Of a stretch of DNA of 64,000 nt, positions 16,902 through 25,498 are shown piece by piece. Made by a program: the position numbers and the translations under genes. The DNA lies in the IMG/VR virus record IMGVR_UViG_3300010353_000347, positions 52,295 to 116,294 of that record; one strand, given 5' to 3'. Each line of letters begins with the position of its first letter. Positions within the stretch are counted from its first letter, which is position 1. Origin of the DNA: a virus. Under the pieces are notes generated by a model. The model was not told the DNA's origin. It saw nothing but the letters and a program-made list of their open reading frames with translations, and ran no database searches.

Positions 16902-17215
16902 GCCCCAATTTGGATTTCGTTTTCGACTGCGTAGAGGAAGGCGACCATATTCCCTCTCCCTACAGGATTCCGGCTGTGAACGTGCCACTTTGGCAAGAAA
17001 GCGCCATGAAAAAGAACTTGGTCCCCGATCCACTTCACGAGGTCATACCCCGTTTCGGTACCCCCCAAGTCGTGGTCTAGGCTCATCTCCTCCACTTCGT
17101 CTGCCATGAAGTAGCGCCGGAAGTCTGAGGTATTCGTGACGCCTACCCACCCCGGAGGGGGGTGCTTCTCCGGTGCGTCCGGGTTGAATGCGTCATCATC
17201 AAGCCAGATTTTCAT
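16898..17215 (-). CDS. Cyclic-phosphate-processing receiver-like (cREC) domain protein
   Basis: MKIWLDDD...MSLDHDLGG..TGYDLVKW...HVHSRNPVGRGNM signature. Confidence 0.75.
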   Translation of the reverse strand: MKIWLDDDAFNPDAPEKHPPPGWVGVTNTSDFRRYFMADEVEEMSLDHDLGGTETGYDLVKWIGDQVLFHGAFLPKWHVHSRNPVGRGNMVAFLYAVENEIQIGA

Positions 17216-17227
17216 GGCTCCCCCCCT

Positions 17228-17500
17228 TTAGGACAGGATATCCGCGATCCTCCTGGCCGACTTTACAGCGGCAATCCACCTGTCCATGTCACCTTCGTCC
17301 CCTGGTACGCTCCAGGGGTCGGCAAACTCCAGTAGGGTCGAGAGTACCGAAAGCATCTCGGGAGCGGATGCCCACAGGTCGGCAATGGGCTTCTCCACCT
17401 GGAGAGACCGTCTGGGCAACCCGTTGGGGCCGTCATGGTCCCATTGGATGAGAGCCCACCCCGGCATAGTATCCTTCAAGTCCTTCACTCGGAAGTCCAT
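17228..17500 (-). CDS. Hypothetical protein
   Basis: 90 aa, SD GGAGG, contains phage-common SAPEMLSVL motif. Confidence 0.65.
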   Translation of the reverse strand: MDFRVKDLKDTMPGWALIQWDHDGPNGLPRRSLQVEKPIADLWASAPEMLSVLSTLLEFADPWSVPGDEGDMDRWIAAVKSARRIADILS

Positions 17501-17530
17501 ATCCTTACCTCCACCGTAACCCTAGCAAGG

Positions 17531-17680
17531 TTACTGCTCTGTGTCAACCTCTGTGCTGGTAGAGGCGAGCTTCCTGAGAGTACGGGCCTTCTTTCTCCGC
17601 TCCTCTGCCTCCCTCACCTTCCTGATTCTGTCCTGTAGGAAGTCCTGGATATGGGGGAGCTTCTTTCTGTCAGCGGTCAT
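17531..17680 (-). CDS. Small basic hypothetical protein (49 aa)
   Basis: Hand translation MTADRKKLPHIQDFLQDRIRKVREAEERRKKARTLRKLASTSTEVDTEQ fills the gap between genes. Confidence 0.45.
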   Translation of the reverse strand: MTADRKKLPHIQDFLQDRIRKVREAEERRKKARTLRKLASTSTEVDTEQ

Positions 17681-17695
17681 GTAGGATCGCATAGG

Positions 17696-18163
17696 TTACT
17701 CCTGTGACAGCAGGTTCTTAGTCAGGTTCTCTCGGAGAGTCGTTAGGGGCGCTACGTCCCCGTCGAGAGCCTGTAGAACGGCGGTTGCAACGGAGTCCAC
17801 GACGAAAGCCACGGCCCTCTTCTCACTTGGCACAGAGGACAGCTTGTCAACCGTGTCCTTTAGGTAACTGAGGGCTGAGAGGTTGGAGCGTACTAGTCCC
17901 AGGCTATAGGAGTCCTCCAAAAACTTGAATCCGTACAGTCGGAGGATGGCCCGCTCGGATGAGCTTCGGAGCCTCTGTGTGTCTCCCTTCTCCGATAGCT
18001 CTTGTGCCACAGAGAACAGGTACCGAGCCCCCTCTTTGGTAGCTCCGATCTTCCATGTACGGGAGCCCCGTCGTAGGATCTCAAAAGCGTGGGGCATCGC
18101 CTCTCCCGTGTCGAGGACAGCGGAACAGAAGATAGCGGGTAGGGTGATTTCGTTCATATACAC
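17696..18163 (-). CDS. Hypothetical protein
   Basis: 155 aa, GGAGG SD, downstream of promoter at 18180-18208. Confidence 0.7.
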   Translation of the reverse strand: MYMNEITLPAIFCSAVLDTGEAMPHAFEILRRGSRTWKIGATKEGARYLFSVAQELSEKGDTQRLRSSSERAILRLYGFKFLEDSYSLGLVRSNLSALSYLKDTVDKLSSVPSEKRAVAFVVDSVATAVLQALDGDVAPLTTLRENLTKNLLSQE

Positions 18164-18179
18164 CTCCAGGTAGGTGCCT

Positions 18180-18208
18180 ACCTTAGCACACTATCAGGTT
18201 CATGTCAA
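18180..18208 (-). promoter_or_regulatory. sigma70-type promoter
   Basis: TTGACA-N17-TAAGGT. Confidence 0.7.
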
Positions 18209-18240
18209 GAAAAAAAGAGCCCGGATGGTCAGTCCGGGCT
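18209..18240 (-). terminator. Intrinsic terminator
   Basis: AGCCCGGA-loop-TCCGGGCT followed by C and T-run. Confidence 0.8.
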
Positions 18241-18263
18241 TGGAGAGTCCTGCTCTGCTGCGC

Positions 18264-18614
18264 CTAGAATCTGTAATCGTGATACTTGCTGCGGAAGCCG
18301 AACGCGACGGCGGTACCTCCCAGCGTCTCCCACCGGCCCTTGCGGAACCGGCACTCCTCCTCCTGGGCGTCCGGGTCGGGGGTGAACTCGTAGTCCTGCG
18401 CTTCGGACATTCCGTTGGAGTCGAGTCGGGTGGCTTTGTCGAGCCGGATGTAGACGCGGTAGCGGCCCCGGATCTTCTCGATCCGAGTCACCGTGGCGGG
18501 GTCTCTGTCCGTCCAGTAGAGGAGGGTGGCCCCATCGCCGGGGGCGGGGGGTTCTGGGGCGGTGGCGCACTTGGAGCCGCCCATCAAGAGGTTCTGGAAG
18601 CTGCCGTGTCTCAT
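18264..18614 (-). CDS. Conserved phage hypothetical protein
   Basis: GDGATLLYWTDRDPATV...DSNGMSEAQDYEFTPDP...FGFRSKYHDYRF; single-gene promoter cassette. Confidence 0.7.
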   Translation of the reverse strand: MRHGSFQNLLMGGSKCATAPEPPAPGDGATLLYWTDRDPATVTRIEKIRGRYRVYIRLDKATRLDSNGMSEAQDYEFTPDPDAQEEECRFRKGRWETLGGTAVAFGFRSKYHDYRF

Positions 18615-18670
18615 GTCTCGTTCCTCCCTTCGACTAAGACACTAGCATAACCTTTAGGGGGTGTCAACCC
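18615..18670 (-). promoter_or_regulatory. Early-type promoter-RBS cassette copy 2
   Basis: TTGACA-CCCCCTAAAGGTTATGC-TAGTGT...GAAGGGAGGAACGAGAC-ATG. Confidence 0.8.
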
Positions 18671-18677
18671 CACCTGA

Positions 18678-19493
18678 CTAGAAATCCACGATCCACCCTA
18701 CTGACCGCTCAAACTCTAGGAGGCCGCTGCCCCCCTCCGGTGTCCCCCACAAGATGTCGGAAGCTGGGATGTCTTGGTGAACGAGGACTTCCCCTCCGGT
18801 TGATGCGTCGTAGATCGCTTGGCCGTAGTTTACTATTCGTGGCAGGTGCCAGAGGGGGTTGCTCCGGGTGTCCACCATTAACTGCACTTCCTTCAGCACC
18901 CTGTCTTTGTCTATGTTTGTAGCGTCCCAGGGAACCCATGCAGCGACAACCATCGCCCTCCCACCTCCAGAGAACCGTGTGGGCGCAACCTTCCACAGCA
19001 TCTCGGATACTTCGTGGTAGTTCCCTTTGGCTAAGTTGGCAACCGCGAAAATAGCTGCACCCCTTCCGCGTTCGTAAGCCTCAGATCCATGCTCGGCAGC
19101 TTGGTGTGCGTACCCAATCGCAGTTTTCCACGAAGGGGCCATGTAGATGTAGGCGTCTGAGTCCATGCTTACCTTAGAATACGCCATCCGCGTTCCGTGG
19201 ATGTAGTCCCTCACTTGGTAATCGAGATCAGAAGCGGCATCCTCCGGCTTGAATCCGGGTAGGTACTTGTCCACGATTCTCATGGCTTCCGGGGAGTCTA
19301 CTACCGCGTCCAACGTCTCACGAGCCACCCGCATTAAGTAGTCATAGATAGAACCCCTTGGAACCTGGAGCCCTCGATCCATGATTCTGGATATTTTTCC
19401 AGACGAGGTGCCATGATAGAGGAGTGCCTTGGGGGGTAACTCGCTCTTTAGCTTGTCCGCTATTGTAGACTCTGTAAGTCTTGAAAACCGCAT
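18678..19493 (-). CDS. ADP-ribosyltransferase-fold protein (H-Y-E type), paralog 2
   Basis: LYHGTSSG...YIYMAPSWKTAIGYA...EVLVHQDIPASDI; leader MRFSRLTES. Confidence 0.6.
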   Translation of the reverse strand: MRFSRLTESTIADKLKSELPPKALLYHGTSSGKISRIMDRGLQVPRGSIYDYLMRVARETLDAVVDSPEAMRIVDKYLPGFKPEDAASDLDYQVRDYIHGTRMAYSKVSMDSDAYIYMAPSWKTAIGYAHQAAEHGSEAYERGRGAAIFAVANLAKGNYHEVSEMLWKVAPTRFSGGGRAMVVAAWVPWDATNIDKDRVLKEVQLMVDTRSNPLWHLPRIVNYGQAIYDASTGGEVLVHQDIPASDILWGTPEGGSGLLEFERSVGWIVDF

Positions 19494-19502
19494 ACCGACC
19501 CC

Positions 19503-20033
19503 TCACCTACGGCGGTGGATTCTACCCAACTTCTTAGACGCCCCTACAGCACCGGCCCAGGAGGACGGAAGAGACTCGAAAACGAACGTGCGACCCTTCC
19601 AAGAAGAGAACGCCTGTGCGATCTTGCCGGGGTGGAATTCTCCTAAGTCGTCCTCTCCACCACTTGACCACAGGAGGAACACCCTGCCATCCGTCTCAGG
19701 ACCGGCATAGATGACCGCCTCTTGCCGGAAAGTCTGCAAGATGGAAACAGTCTGTGCCTTGGACATACCAGGGACGAAGTAGGAAGGTTCCGGCTCGTTC
19801 TCTTCCCAATGGCCCTCTAACTCGATATACCCGAGCCCCATATTCCTGATTTCCTGCCGAATGGCAGCGTCGGCCTTCTCGTTCTCCGCCTGGGGCTGAG
19901 AGGACAGCCAGCCCGACACGATAGCGAAGTTCCCGTCCTGTGCATGGGCGTAGAGACGGGACAGGGAAGCCTCTGTTACGGCCCTCTAGTCCTTCTCTAG
20001 TACCTTGCTGATTACCTCTGCGAAGCTGGTCAT
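19503..20033 (-). CDS. Conserved phage protein (EASLSRL...; DUF3293-like) interrupted by in-frame TAG at 19986-19988
   Basis: ATG 20033 overlaps upstream TAA (TAATG); MTSFAEVISKVLEKD*RAVTEASLSRLYAHAQDGNFAIVSGW... Confidence 0.6.
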
Positions 20034-20305
20034 TACAGTTTGTCTCCCCAGACTGGCCCGTCGTAGTAGTCGTTCCACCACTTGTAGTACGTCCACTTGG
20101 CGAACCGCTCCCGGTCCTCGTCGGTGACGTTGAAGTCAATGCCCTCGGGGGGAATCCCATCGGGGTTGTGATTGAGCCAAACGTAGGCTTCGTTCGTGAC
20201 GACACGAGCCAACTCTTCCTTCCCGGTGGCCGGGTTCTCCAGCATCATGAGTCCGTAGCTGCCGGGGATTGACTCAAACGGCTTGCCTCTGACTGTCCAT
20301 CCCAT
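20033..20305 (-). CDS. Hypothetical protein
   Basis: 90 aa, GGAGG SD, promoter TTGACT-N16-TATGAT at 20323-20350. Confidence 0.65.
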   Translation of the reverse strand: MGWTVRGKPFESIPGSYGLMMLENPATGKEELARVVTNEAYVWLNHNPDGIPPEGIDFNVTDEDRERFAKWTYYKWWNDYYDGPVWGDKL

Positions 20306-20381
20306 ACGTCACCTCCGAGGACATCATACCAACATTTTGGATTCAGTCAAGAGGTTGTCGTCCTGTTAGCGGAATTCCCAC

Positions 20382-21227
20382 CTAACCATTGCTTGTCATC
20401 CACTCAATCCAGTCCCGAACGTCCGGGTTGGTTGGGGGCTGTGACAAGAAGGATCGGATCGCCTTTTCCGCCTCCGACTTCCCCTCTAGGGCGTGCCCTG
20501 GTCCGTAGTTTGTCACCTCCCAGTAGAACGGGGAGAACAGGCTTTCAAAGGCTCCCGCGTTCTCGTCAATCTCATCCCAAATCCTGTGGAAGTCAGCCTC
20601 AGCAACGGATTGCTGCCCGTTCGCCTTCCTAGCGATGTTTAGCTCCCATGCCAAGTCTCTTGGCATCTTCACAAAGAGCATGGCGCAGTCGTACCCGATA
20701 TCCTCCAGGTCGGCCTTCATTTGCCACACCTTACCGTAGTCGGAAGAGGTCTGGTCAATGAGGAGCCCCAAACCCAACTCCTTATAAAGCTCTAACCTCT
20801 GTGCGTGCATCGGCTTTGCCCGGTTGGTGCGAAGATCCTGGGATTGGTCGTAAGCTGGTTTGTCGTACTGTTTCAGGTACTCGTAGTCCATCGAAATCTG
20901 GTTTGACTTCGGGTCGAGCGTTCCGAGACCGGCTTTCAGGTTGACATAGTTCGATACGTCGTCAATATTGACCACCTTCAAGCCGTAGGAAGATGTCGTG
21001 TTGATCGCTTGCCGGATCTCTCTTCCGATGATGTCGTCATAGGTGAGGTACGCTGGACCGGAGCCCATACCACCGGAAGCTGCCAACCCCACGGCAACGG
21101 AGGAGAACCCCTTCCCCGATCCGGGACCACCGCCCATGAACACGGCCTTGAAAATGCTTGGGTCGTAGGCACCCTCTTGGAGTAGGCTCTCGACTAGGAG
21201 GTAGAAAGAAGATTTTTGGACTCTCAT
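20382..21227 (-). CDS. P-loop kinase, zeta-toxin/AAA_33-like
   Basis: EGAYDPSIFKAVFMGGGPGSGK Walker A, VVNIDD, LLIDQT, lid Arg; leader FYLLVES. Confidence 0.75.
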   Translation of the reverse strand: MRVQKSSFYLLVESLLQEGAYDPSIFKAVFMGGGPGSGKGFSSVAVGLAASGGMGSGPAYLTYDDIIGREIRQAINTTSSYGLKVVNIDDVSNYVNLKAGLGTLDPKSNQISMDYEYLKQYDKPAYDQSQDLRTNRAKPMHAQRLELYKELGLGLLIDQTSSDYGKVWQMKADLEDIGYDCAMLFVKMPRDLAWELNIARKANGQQSVAEADFHRIWDEIDENAGAFESLFSPFYWEVTNYGPGHALEGKSEAEKAIRSFLSQPPTNPDVRDWIEWMTSNG

Positions 21228-21913
21228 ACTCTTATGATCTCCGTGATCCGGGACGGTGGGACATCCTGTGTAATTAGAACCTCTGACCGCCAGTTCTTGT
21301 AGGGGAACTCGTCCTGCTCCAAGTCAGCCTTGGTCATCCCCTGCCGCTTGTAGTCACGTAGCTTGGCTTTGAGGAAGTCCTTGAAGCTGCCCTGTGTGTA
21401 GAGCGGCACCGTGATCCACTCCCAATCCACTTCCATGACCACGACAATCGGTTCTGCCTTGTCGAATCGCGGGGGGAGGGTGAACCCGTACTCGCGCTCT
21501 AGGTACTGCCCGATGTAGTAGTACGGCTTGGCCGTTAGCTCAGACCCATTCTCCGCATACTTGATGGCATACGTCTCTGCCACCTCCATGAAGTAGGAGG
21601 CATAGATGTAGCCTTTGTTCTCGTCAGGCACAGAGCCCCAGATGCGCTTCTGGTAGTAGGTTTCGAGCTTGTCCTCTACCCAAGAAGGTAACCGTGACCC
21701 CGGAGAGATGGACGGGTCGGCTTGGGGAGCAAACTCATCCCACACCTTCTGAGCGAGGTTGAACAGGTACTCGCGGTGGTTCCCCCGTGGGACTCGCAGC
21801 CCCTCAGACCGGATTTTTTCTTCCTTCCCAGAGGACGTTCCGTGGTAAAGGGTGATCGTTGGCCCAAGATCGAGGAAATAGTCCTCCAGGAGGCTGTGTG
21901 TGGCCTTCTGCAT
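21224..21913 (-). CDS. ADP-ribosyltransferase-fold protein (H-Y-E type), paralog 3
   Basis: LYHGTSSG...GYIYASYFMEVAETYA...EVLITQDVPPSRI. Confidence 0.6.
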   Translation of the reverse strand: MQKATHSLLEDYFLDLGPTITLYHGTSSGKEEKIRSEGLRVPRGNHREYLFNLAQKVWDEFAPQADPSISPGSRLPSWVEDKLETYYQKRIWGSVPDENKGYIYASYFMEVAETYAIKYAENGSELTAKPYYYIGQYLEREYGFTLPPRFDKAEPIVVVMEVDWEWITVPLYTQGSFKDFLKAKLRDYKRQGMTKADLEQDEFPYKNWRSEVLITQDVPPSRITEIIRV

Positions 21914-21924
21914 GGTGTTCACAG

Positions 21925-22698
21925 CTAGACCTCTTTCCATACGGAGATTTCATGGGCCGGTACGTCTCGGGAAATCAGACACTCAAAGTATTGATTGTCA
22001 ATGAAGTCGAGAGCCCGTTTCGATTGGATGGCACCGTAAATGACCTCGTACATCTCGGAGTAAGGCGGACCTTCCGGGAACCTGTTGTAGAAGAACTGCA
22101 CCACATCCCGGAGAGACCGGACGGAAGATGCCTCCGCCTCCGGCTCCCCCTCTGTCCGCACCTTCTCGACTAAGAGGGGGGCAGACACACCCTCCCACGA
22201 GGTTTCAATGCGGAGGATGACTCCGCCGCTGTCCTCTTCGGGGTACCTCTGTTTCGCATCGGAAACGGACATTGCAAGGTTTTTTCTCAGGCGCTCCAGG
22301 GCAAAACCAATCCGTTGGATAAGGGCTCCCCAAGCCTCCGAACCTGTTCGCCCCGCTTTCAGGGCGTAGGCTTCCGTCCCGGCTGGTAGAATACAGGTGT
22401 AAATGTAGCTCTCCCCTGCCCCCACCTTGCTTTGCTTTCGGATCGTGCTGAGGTAGTCCTTAACGGCGTCGTCAATGACCTCTTGATACCTGCTCGGATC
22501 TTCACCGGGGAGGAACGTGGAGACGATCTCCAGCCCCCTCTGTTGCAGGTAGGCTTTGATCTTCCCCTTGGGGCGGCTCATCCCGTCCTCTAGGAACGCA
22601 CGAGCCTTGACCTTTGAGGTGCCGTGGTACAGCGTCACCTTGTCAGGAAGGTTAGCACTCTCGGTGAGGAGAGTCGAGACCAGGGCCTCAAACCGCAC
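21925..22698 (-). CDS. ADP-ribosyltransferase-fold protein (H-Y-E type), paralog 4
   Basis: LYHGTSK...SYIYTCILPAGTEAYA...ECLISRDVPAHEI; leader MRFEALVSTLLTES. Confidence 0.6.
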   Translation of the reverse strand: MRFEALVSTLLTESANLPDKVTLYHGTSKVKARAFLEDGMSRPKGKIKAYLQQRGLEIVSTFLPGEDPSRYQEVIDDAVKDYLSTIRKQSKVGAGESYIYTCILPAGTEAYALKAGRTGSEAWGALIQRIGFALERLRKNLAMSVSDAKQRYPEEDSGGVILRIETSWEGVSAPLLVEKVRTEGEPEAEASSVRSLRDVVQFFYNRFPEGPPYSEMYEVIYGAIQSKRALDFIDNQYFECLISRDVPAHEISVWKEV

Positions 22699-23234
22699 TA
22701 CGCACCCCCGATAGACGTTCTGCCCGTCGTCTGTTCAAACGGGAGGGCAGCTAGCTCGAACGGATAGATGTAGGCACCCTTAACGTGGTACTGTAGGATC
22801 TCGTACTGAATGAAAATCCCAATCCATGACCGCTCCTGCAACCGGGTGATCGCTTCGGGAGGTGTTCCTAGCTGCAAGAGGGTTTCCGCGCTCACCTCTC
22901 GCGGGGATACGAAAGAAATACCCGTCACCCTGATTCTCCTCTCCCACCGACGAAGAGCCTCCGCCGTTTCCACCCGAAGTTGTGGGTACAGGAAGTCGTC
23001 CAATGGCTCGAAAACCAGGAGGTGCAGGTTGGAGCCGAACTCGGGCATGAAGATCCTCTCACCCTTCCGGGTGGTGAGGATGCTATGAATGGATTGGTTG
23101 ACTTTCTGGACGCCTTTGGAGACAGAGACGGAGTTGACCCTGCCCGCCTCTGAAAACTTGAACGGGAACGACACCCCGGACCCGATGATCCGAAGCATAG
23201 TCTTTTCAGGGGAAAGCGGTCGTAGCTCAGGCAT
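22698..23234 (-). CDS. Baseplate wedge protein, GPW/gp25 family
   Basis: GVSFPFKF...VNQSIHSILTTRKGERIFMPEFGSNL..LVFEP...ALRRWERRI. Confidence 0.9.
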   Translation of the reverse strand: MPELRPLSPEKTMLRIIGSGVSFPFKFSEAGRVNSVSVSKGVQKVNQSIHSILTTRKGERIFMPEFGSNLHLLVFEPLDDFLYPQLRVETAEALRRWERRIRVTGISFVSPREVSAETLLQLGTPPEAITRLQERSWIGIFIQYEILQYHVKGAYIYPFELAALPFEQTTGRTSIGGA

Positions 23235-23243
23235 TGGTAGGCC

Positions 23244-23570
23244 CTATTCGTAATCCAAGACGTTGTACCTGTCGATACCCAAGAGATTGGCAATCTCTTC
23301 TGGGTAGTCTCCCCACAGTTGGTAGTTCGTTCTGACCTTTTCCCTACCCCTTTTACCGGGAGGTTTGATCCAGAATATGTCTTTTGGACCCCCCAAGTTC
23401 GTCCTGACGAACCCCTTGATGGTGTCCCCGTCCCGGAACCTGTCATTCATTAGCCTGTCAATAACCAGACGTTTCCGCTCTTCGGAACCGGCAGCGTAAG
23501 CGAAGGCGTCCTCGATCCCGGACGGATCGAAAAGGAAATCATCTTCCACTAGCCTACGAAAAGTACCCAA
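23244..23570 (-). CDS. Hypothetical protein with capsid-targeting-like leader
   Basis: 108 aa, MGTFRRLVED. Confidence 0.6.
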   Translation of the reverse strand: MGTFRRLVEDDFLFDPSGIEDAFAYAAGSEERKRLVIDRLMNDRFRDGDTIKGFVRTNLGGPKDIFWIKPPGKRGREKVRTNYQLWGDYPEEIANLLGIDRYNVLDYE

Positions 23571-23571
23571 G

Positions 23572-24423
23572 TCACACCCCCATCTTGATTCTCAGGCGCT
23601 CGTACTCTCCAGCCGCTCGGGAGAGGATAGACCGCCTTGTTTCTTCGCTGTACTCGTACCCGTTGGAGGCGGAAGAGGACAGGTAATCGTAGAAGAGCAA
23701 GGCAAACTCCTGTGCCGTGTACCCGAATGACCTCCCAAACCATTCCGGGTCTCCGAAGGCACCATACTTCATACTCCGCTCGAAGTGGTGCAACGTCTCT
23801 ACGAATCTGGCGTTTACTTCCACCGGGTTCTCAAAGTATGTCGAGTCCCCAATAGCGTTGACCCCAGAAAGAGCCTGTGCGAAGTCTACACCGCGAAGGT
23901 CGTCCATTGCATGGACAGCTTCGTGAATGAAGGCTTTGCGAACATCAAGCCCGTGGCCACCGAGAAGTCGAGTTGCCAACACGACAGACGCTTCCGTGCG
24001 ACCCGGCAAGTCCGTGTAGCTGGAGCCGAACATCGGCACAGGTTCTACAGCGGGGAGGAACGTAGTGGGTAAAACGAGAAGAATGCTCTTGTTATTTGGG
24101 TCGTACTCCCCCGAGAGGCTGGAGAACTTGCCGTAAGCCTGACTTTCTGTAGGGATTACTAACCTCACGAGAATGTCTCGCCCAAAGATTGACGGGAACC
24201 CCGGTGGGACCACATCTAGGGTACCACACCACAGGGCAGTATCCTCCCCACCACGCCTCAGTTTGAGGGTATTGCTCACTATTCCCTGTGAAGAGTACAC
24301 AGCATCCCCGAGAAGTCTGTACGCATCCTCAGCCGCTTGCACCATCGCAGCGTCGTTGACCCTCTCCACTAGGGATGTAAACCCGACTGCCCTACTCTCT
24401 TTCTTGTCTGTCTTGGTAGGCAA
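23572..24423 (-). CDS. Zincin-like metallopeptidase (HExxH)
   Basis: AFIHEAVHAMD followed by YFENPVEVNARF; probable TTG start 24423 with GGGTGAG SD. Confidence 0.65.
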   Translation of the reverse strand: MPTKTDKKESRAVGFTSLVERVNDAAMVQAAEDAYRLLGDAVYSSQGIVSNTLKLRRGGEDTALWCGTLDVVPPGFPSIFGRDILVRLVIPTESQAYGKFSSLSGEYDPNNKSILLVLPTTFLPAVEPVPMFGSSYTDLPGRTEASVVLATRLLGGHGLDVRKAFIHEAVHAMDDLRGVDFAQALSGVNAIGDSTYFENPVEVNARFVETLHHFERSMKYGAFGDPEWFGRSFGYTAQEFALLFYDYLSSSASNGYEYSEETRRSILSRAAGEYERLRIKMGV

Positions 24424-24427
24424 CGGC

Positions 24428-24748
24428 TCACCCGTACTGAGGTACGATTCTGTGTGTGTATTTTCCCGGATGGTGGTATTCTGACCCCGCGACATGGCTC
24501 TCTGCCTCCTCACGAGTGCCAAAGATCATTACGGAAGTGTTGCTCGTAACGAACGTATCCATCGAGGTGCCTGTCGAGATGACTGCCCAAGAGGTAGGTT
24601 CCGCTCCAGGGTACGGGGGGTCGTCGTAGAACTTCGTGGGCTTACTCTTGGGGTGTTCGTTTTGATAATCGTCCCACCAACTGGGCTTCTCGAAAGAACC
24701 GCTGTACTCTCCGTAGGTGATCTCCACCAATTTTTTGAATGCCGTCAT
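24428..24748 (-). CDS. Hypothetical protein with capsid-targeting-like leader
   Basis: 106 aa, MTAFKKLVE. Confidence 0.6.
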   Translation of the reverse strand: MTAFKKLVEITYGEYSGSFEKPSWWDDYQNEHPKSKPTKFYDDPPYPGAEPTSWAVISTGTSMDTFVTSNTSVMIFGTREEAESHVAGSEYHHPGKYTHRIVPQYG

Positions 24749-24753
24749 AGTTG

Positions 24754-25425
24754 TTAGCTCAGGTAGGCCACAACTTCCCAGGAAGCATTGGGGTAGTCAG
24801 CGGACGCTGTAGAAATCGGACTTAGCTCTCCGTCAAGGAACGGGAGGTTAAAGTCCTCCATCATTGTTGGGGAGAATGCGAGCATGGAAGAGCATGGGGT
24901 GTGGTCCGCCTCCATGCCGGTTTCGTCGTACTCCGCGTGCGTTAGCCGGAACGCTCCGTGGCGAGACATGACAGCGGATTCCATGTCGTAAATAGTAACG
25001 GCTTGCTCTGTGAACAGTCCGAAGTCCGAGAGGATACCCAAGGCCACCGACATTGCCTCGCTGGGGGAAGAGAACCTTCCGTTCCCGTCAAGGCCAGCGT
25101 TCGCCATCCTGTCAGCTATCTGCCGCCTATCCCGGTCGGGAACCTTGTAGTCACCGCTGGCCTCTCGCAAAGACTCCCCGCGAAATTTCCCCAAAAACAC
25201 GCTGTAAGCGTCCTCTTGGAAAGACTCCTTCACTACGTTTCTTGGGGTGAGGATGATTGGCCCTAGAAACCTCTGCGGACCATCGGCGTCAATGGAGAGA
25301 CCTTTGAACCCACCGAACGGCTCGCCAACGGTGTTGACAGTTCCCGTTTCCCCTGCGTACTTACCACTCACCACCCGCACACGGTCTCCGGGGTGTAGTG
25401 TGGCTCCGTTTTTGTCTGTCTGCAT
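24754..25425 (-). CDS. Modular protein: KOW-like module + second domain
   Basis: GDRVRVVSGKYAGETGTV...VVKES, then SLREASG linker. Confidence 0.65.
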   Translation of the reverse strand: MQTDKNGATLHPGDRVRVVSGKYAGETGTVNTVGEPFGGFKGLSIDADGPQRFLGPIILTPRNVVKESFQEDAYSVFLGKFRGESLREASGDYKVPDRDRRQIADRMANAGLDGNGRFSSPSEAMSVALGILSDFGLFTEQAVTIYDMESAVMSRHGAFRLTHAEYDETGMEADHTPCSSMLAFSPTMMEDFNLPFLDGELSPISTASADYPNASWEVVAYLS

Positions 25426-25498
25426 TTCGGTTACCTCAGAATCCGTAGATCATCCCGTCGTCGCCAACGTACAGGTCTTTCTGTCCGCACATCGCTGC

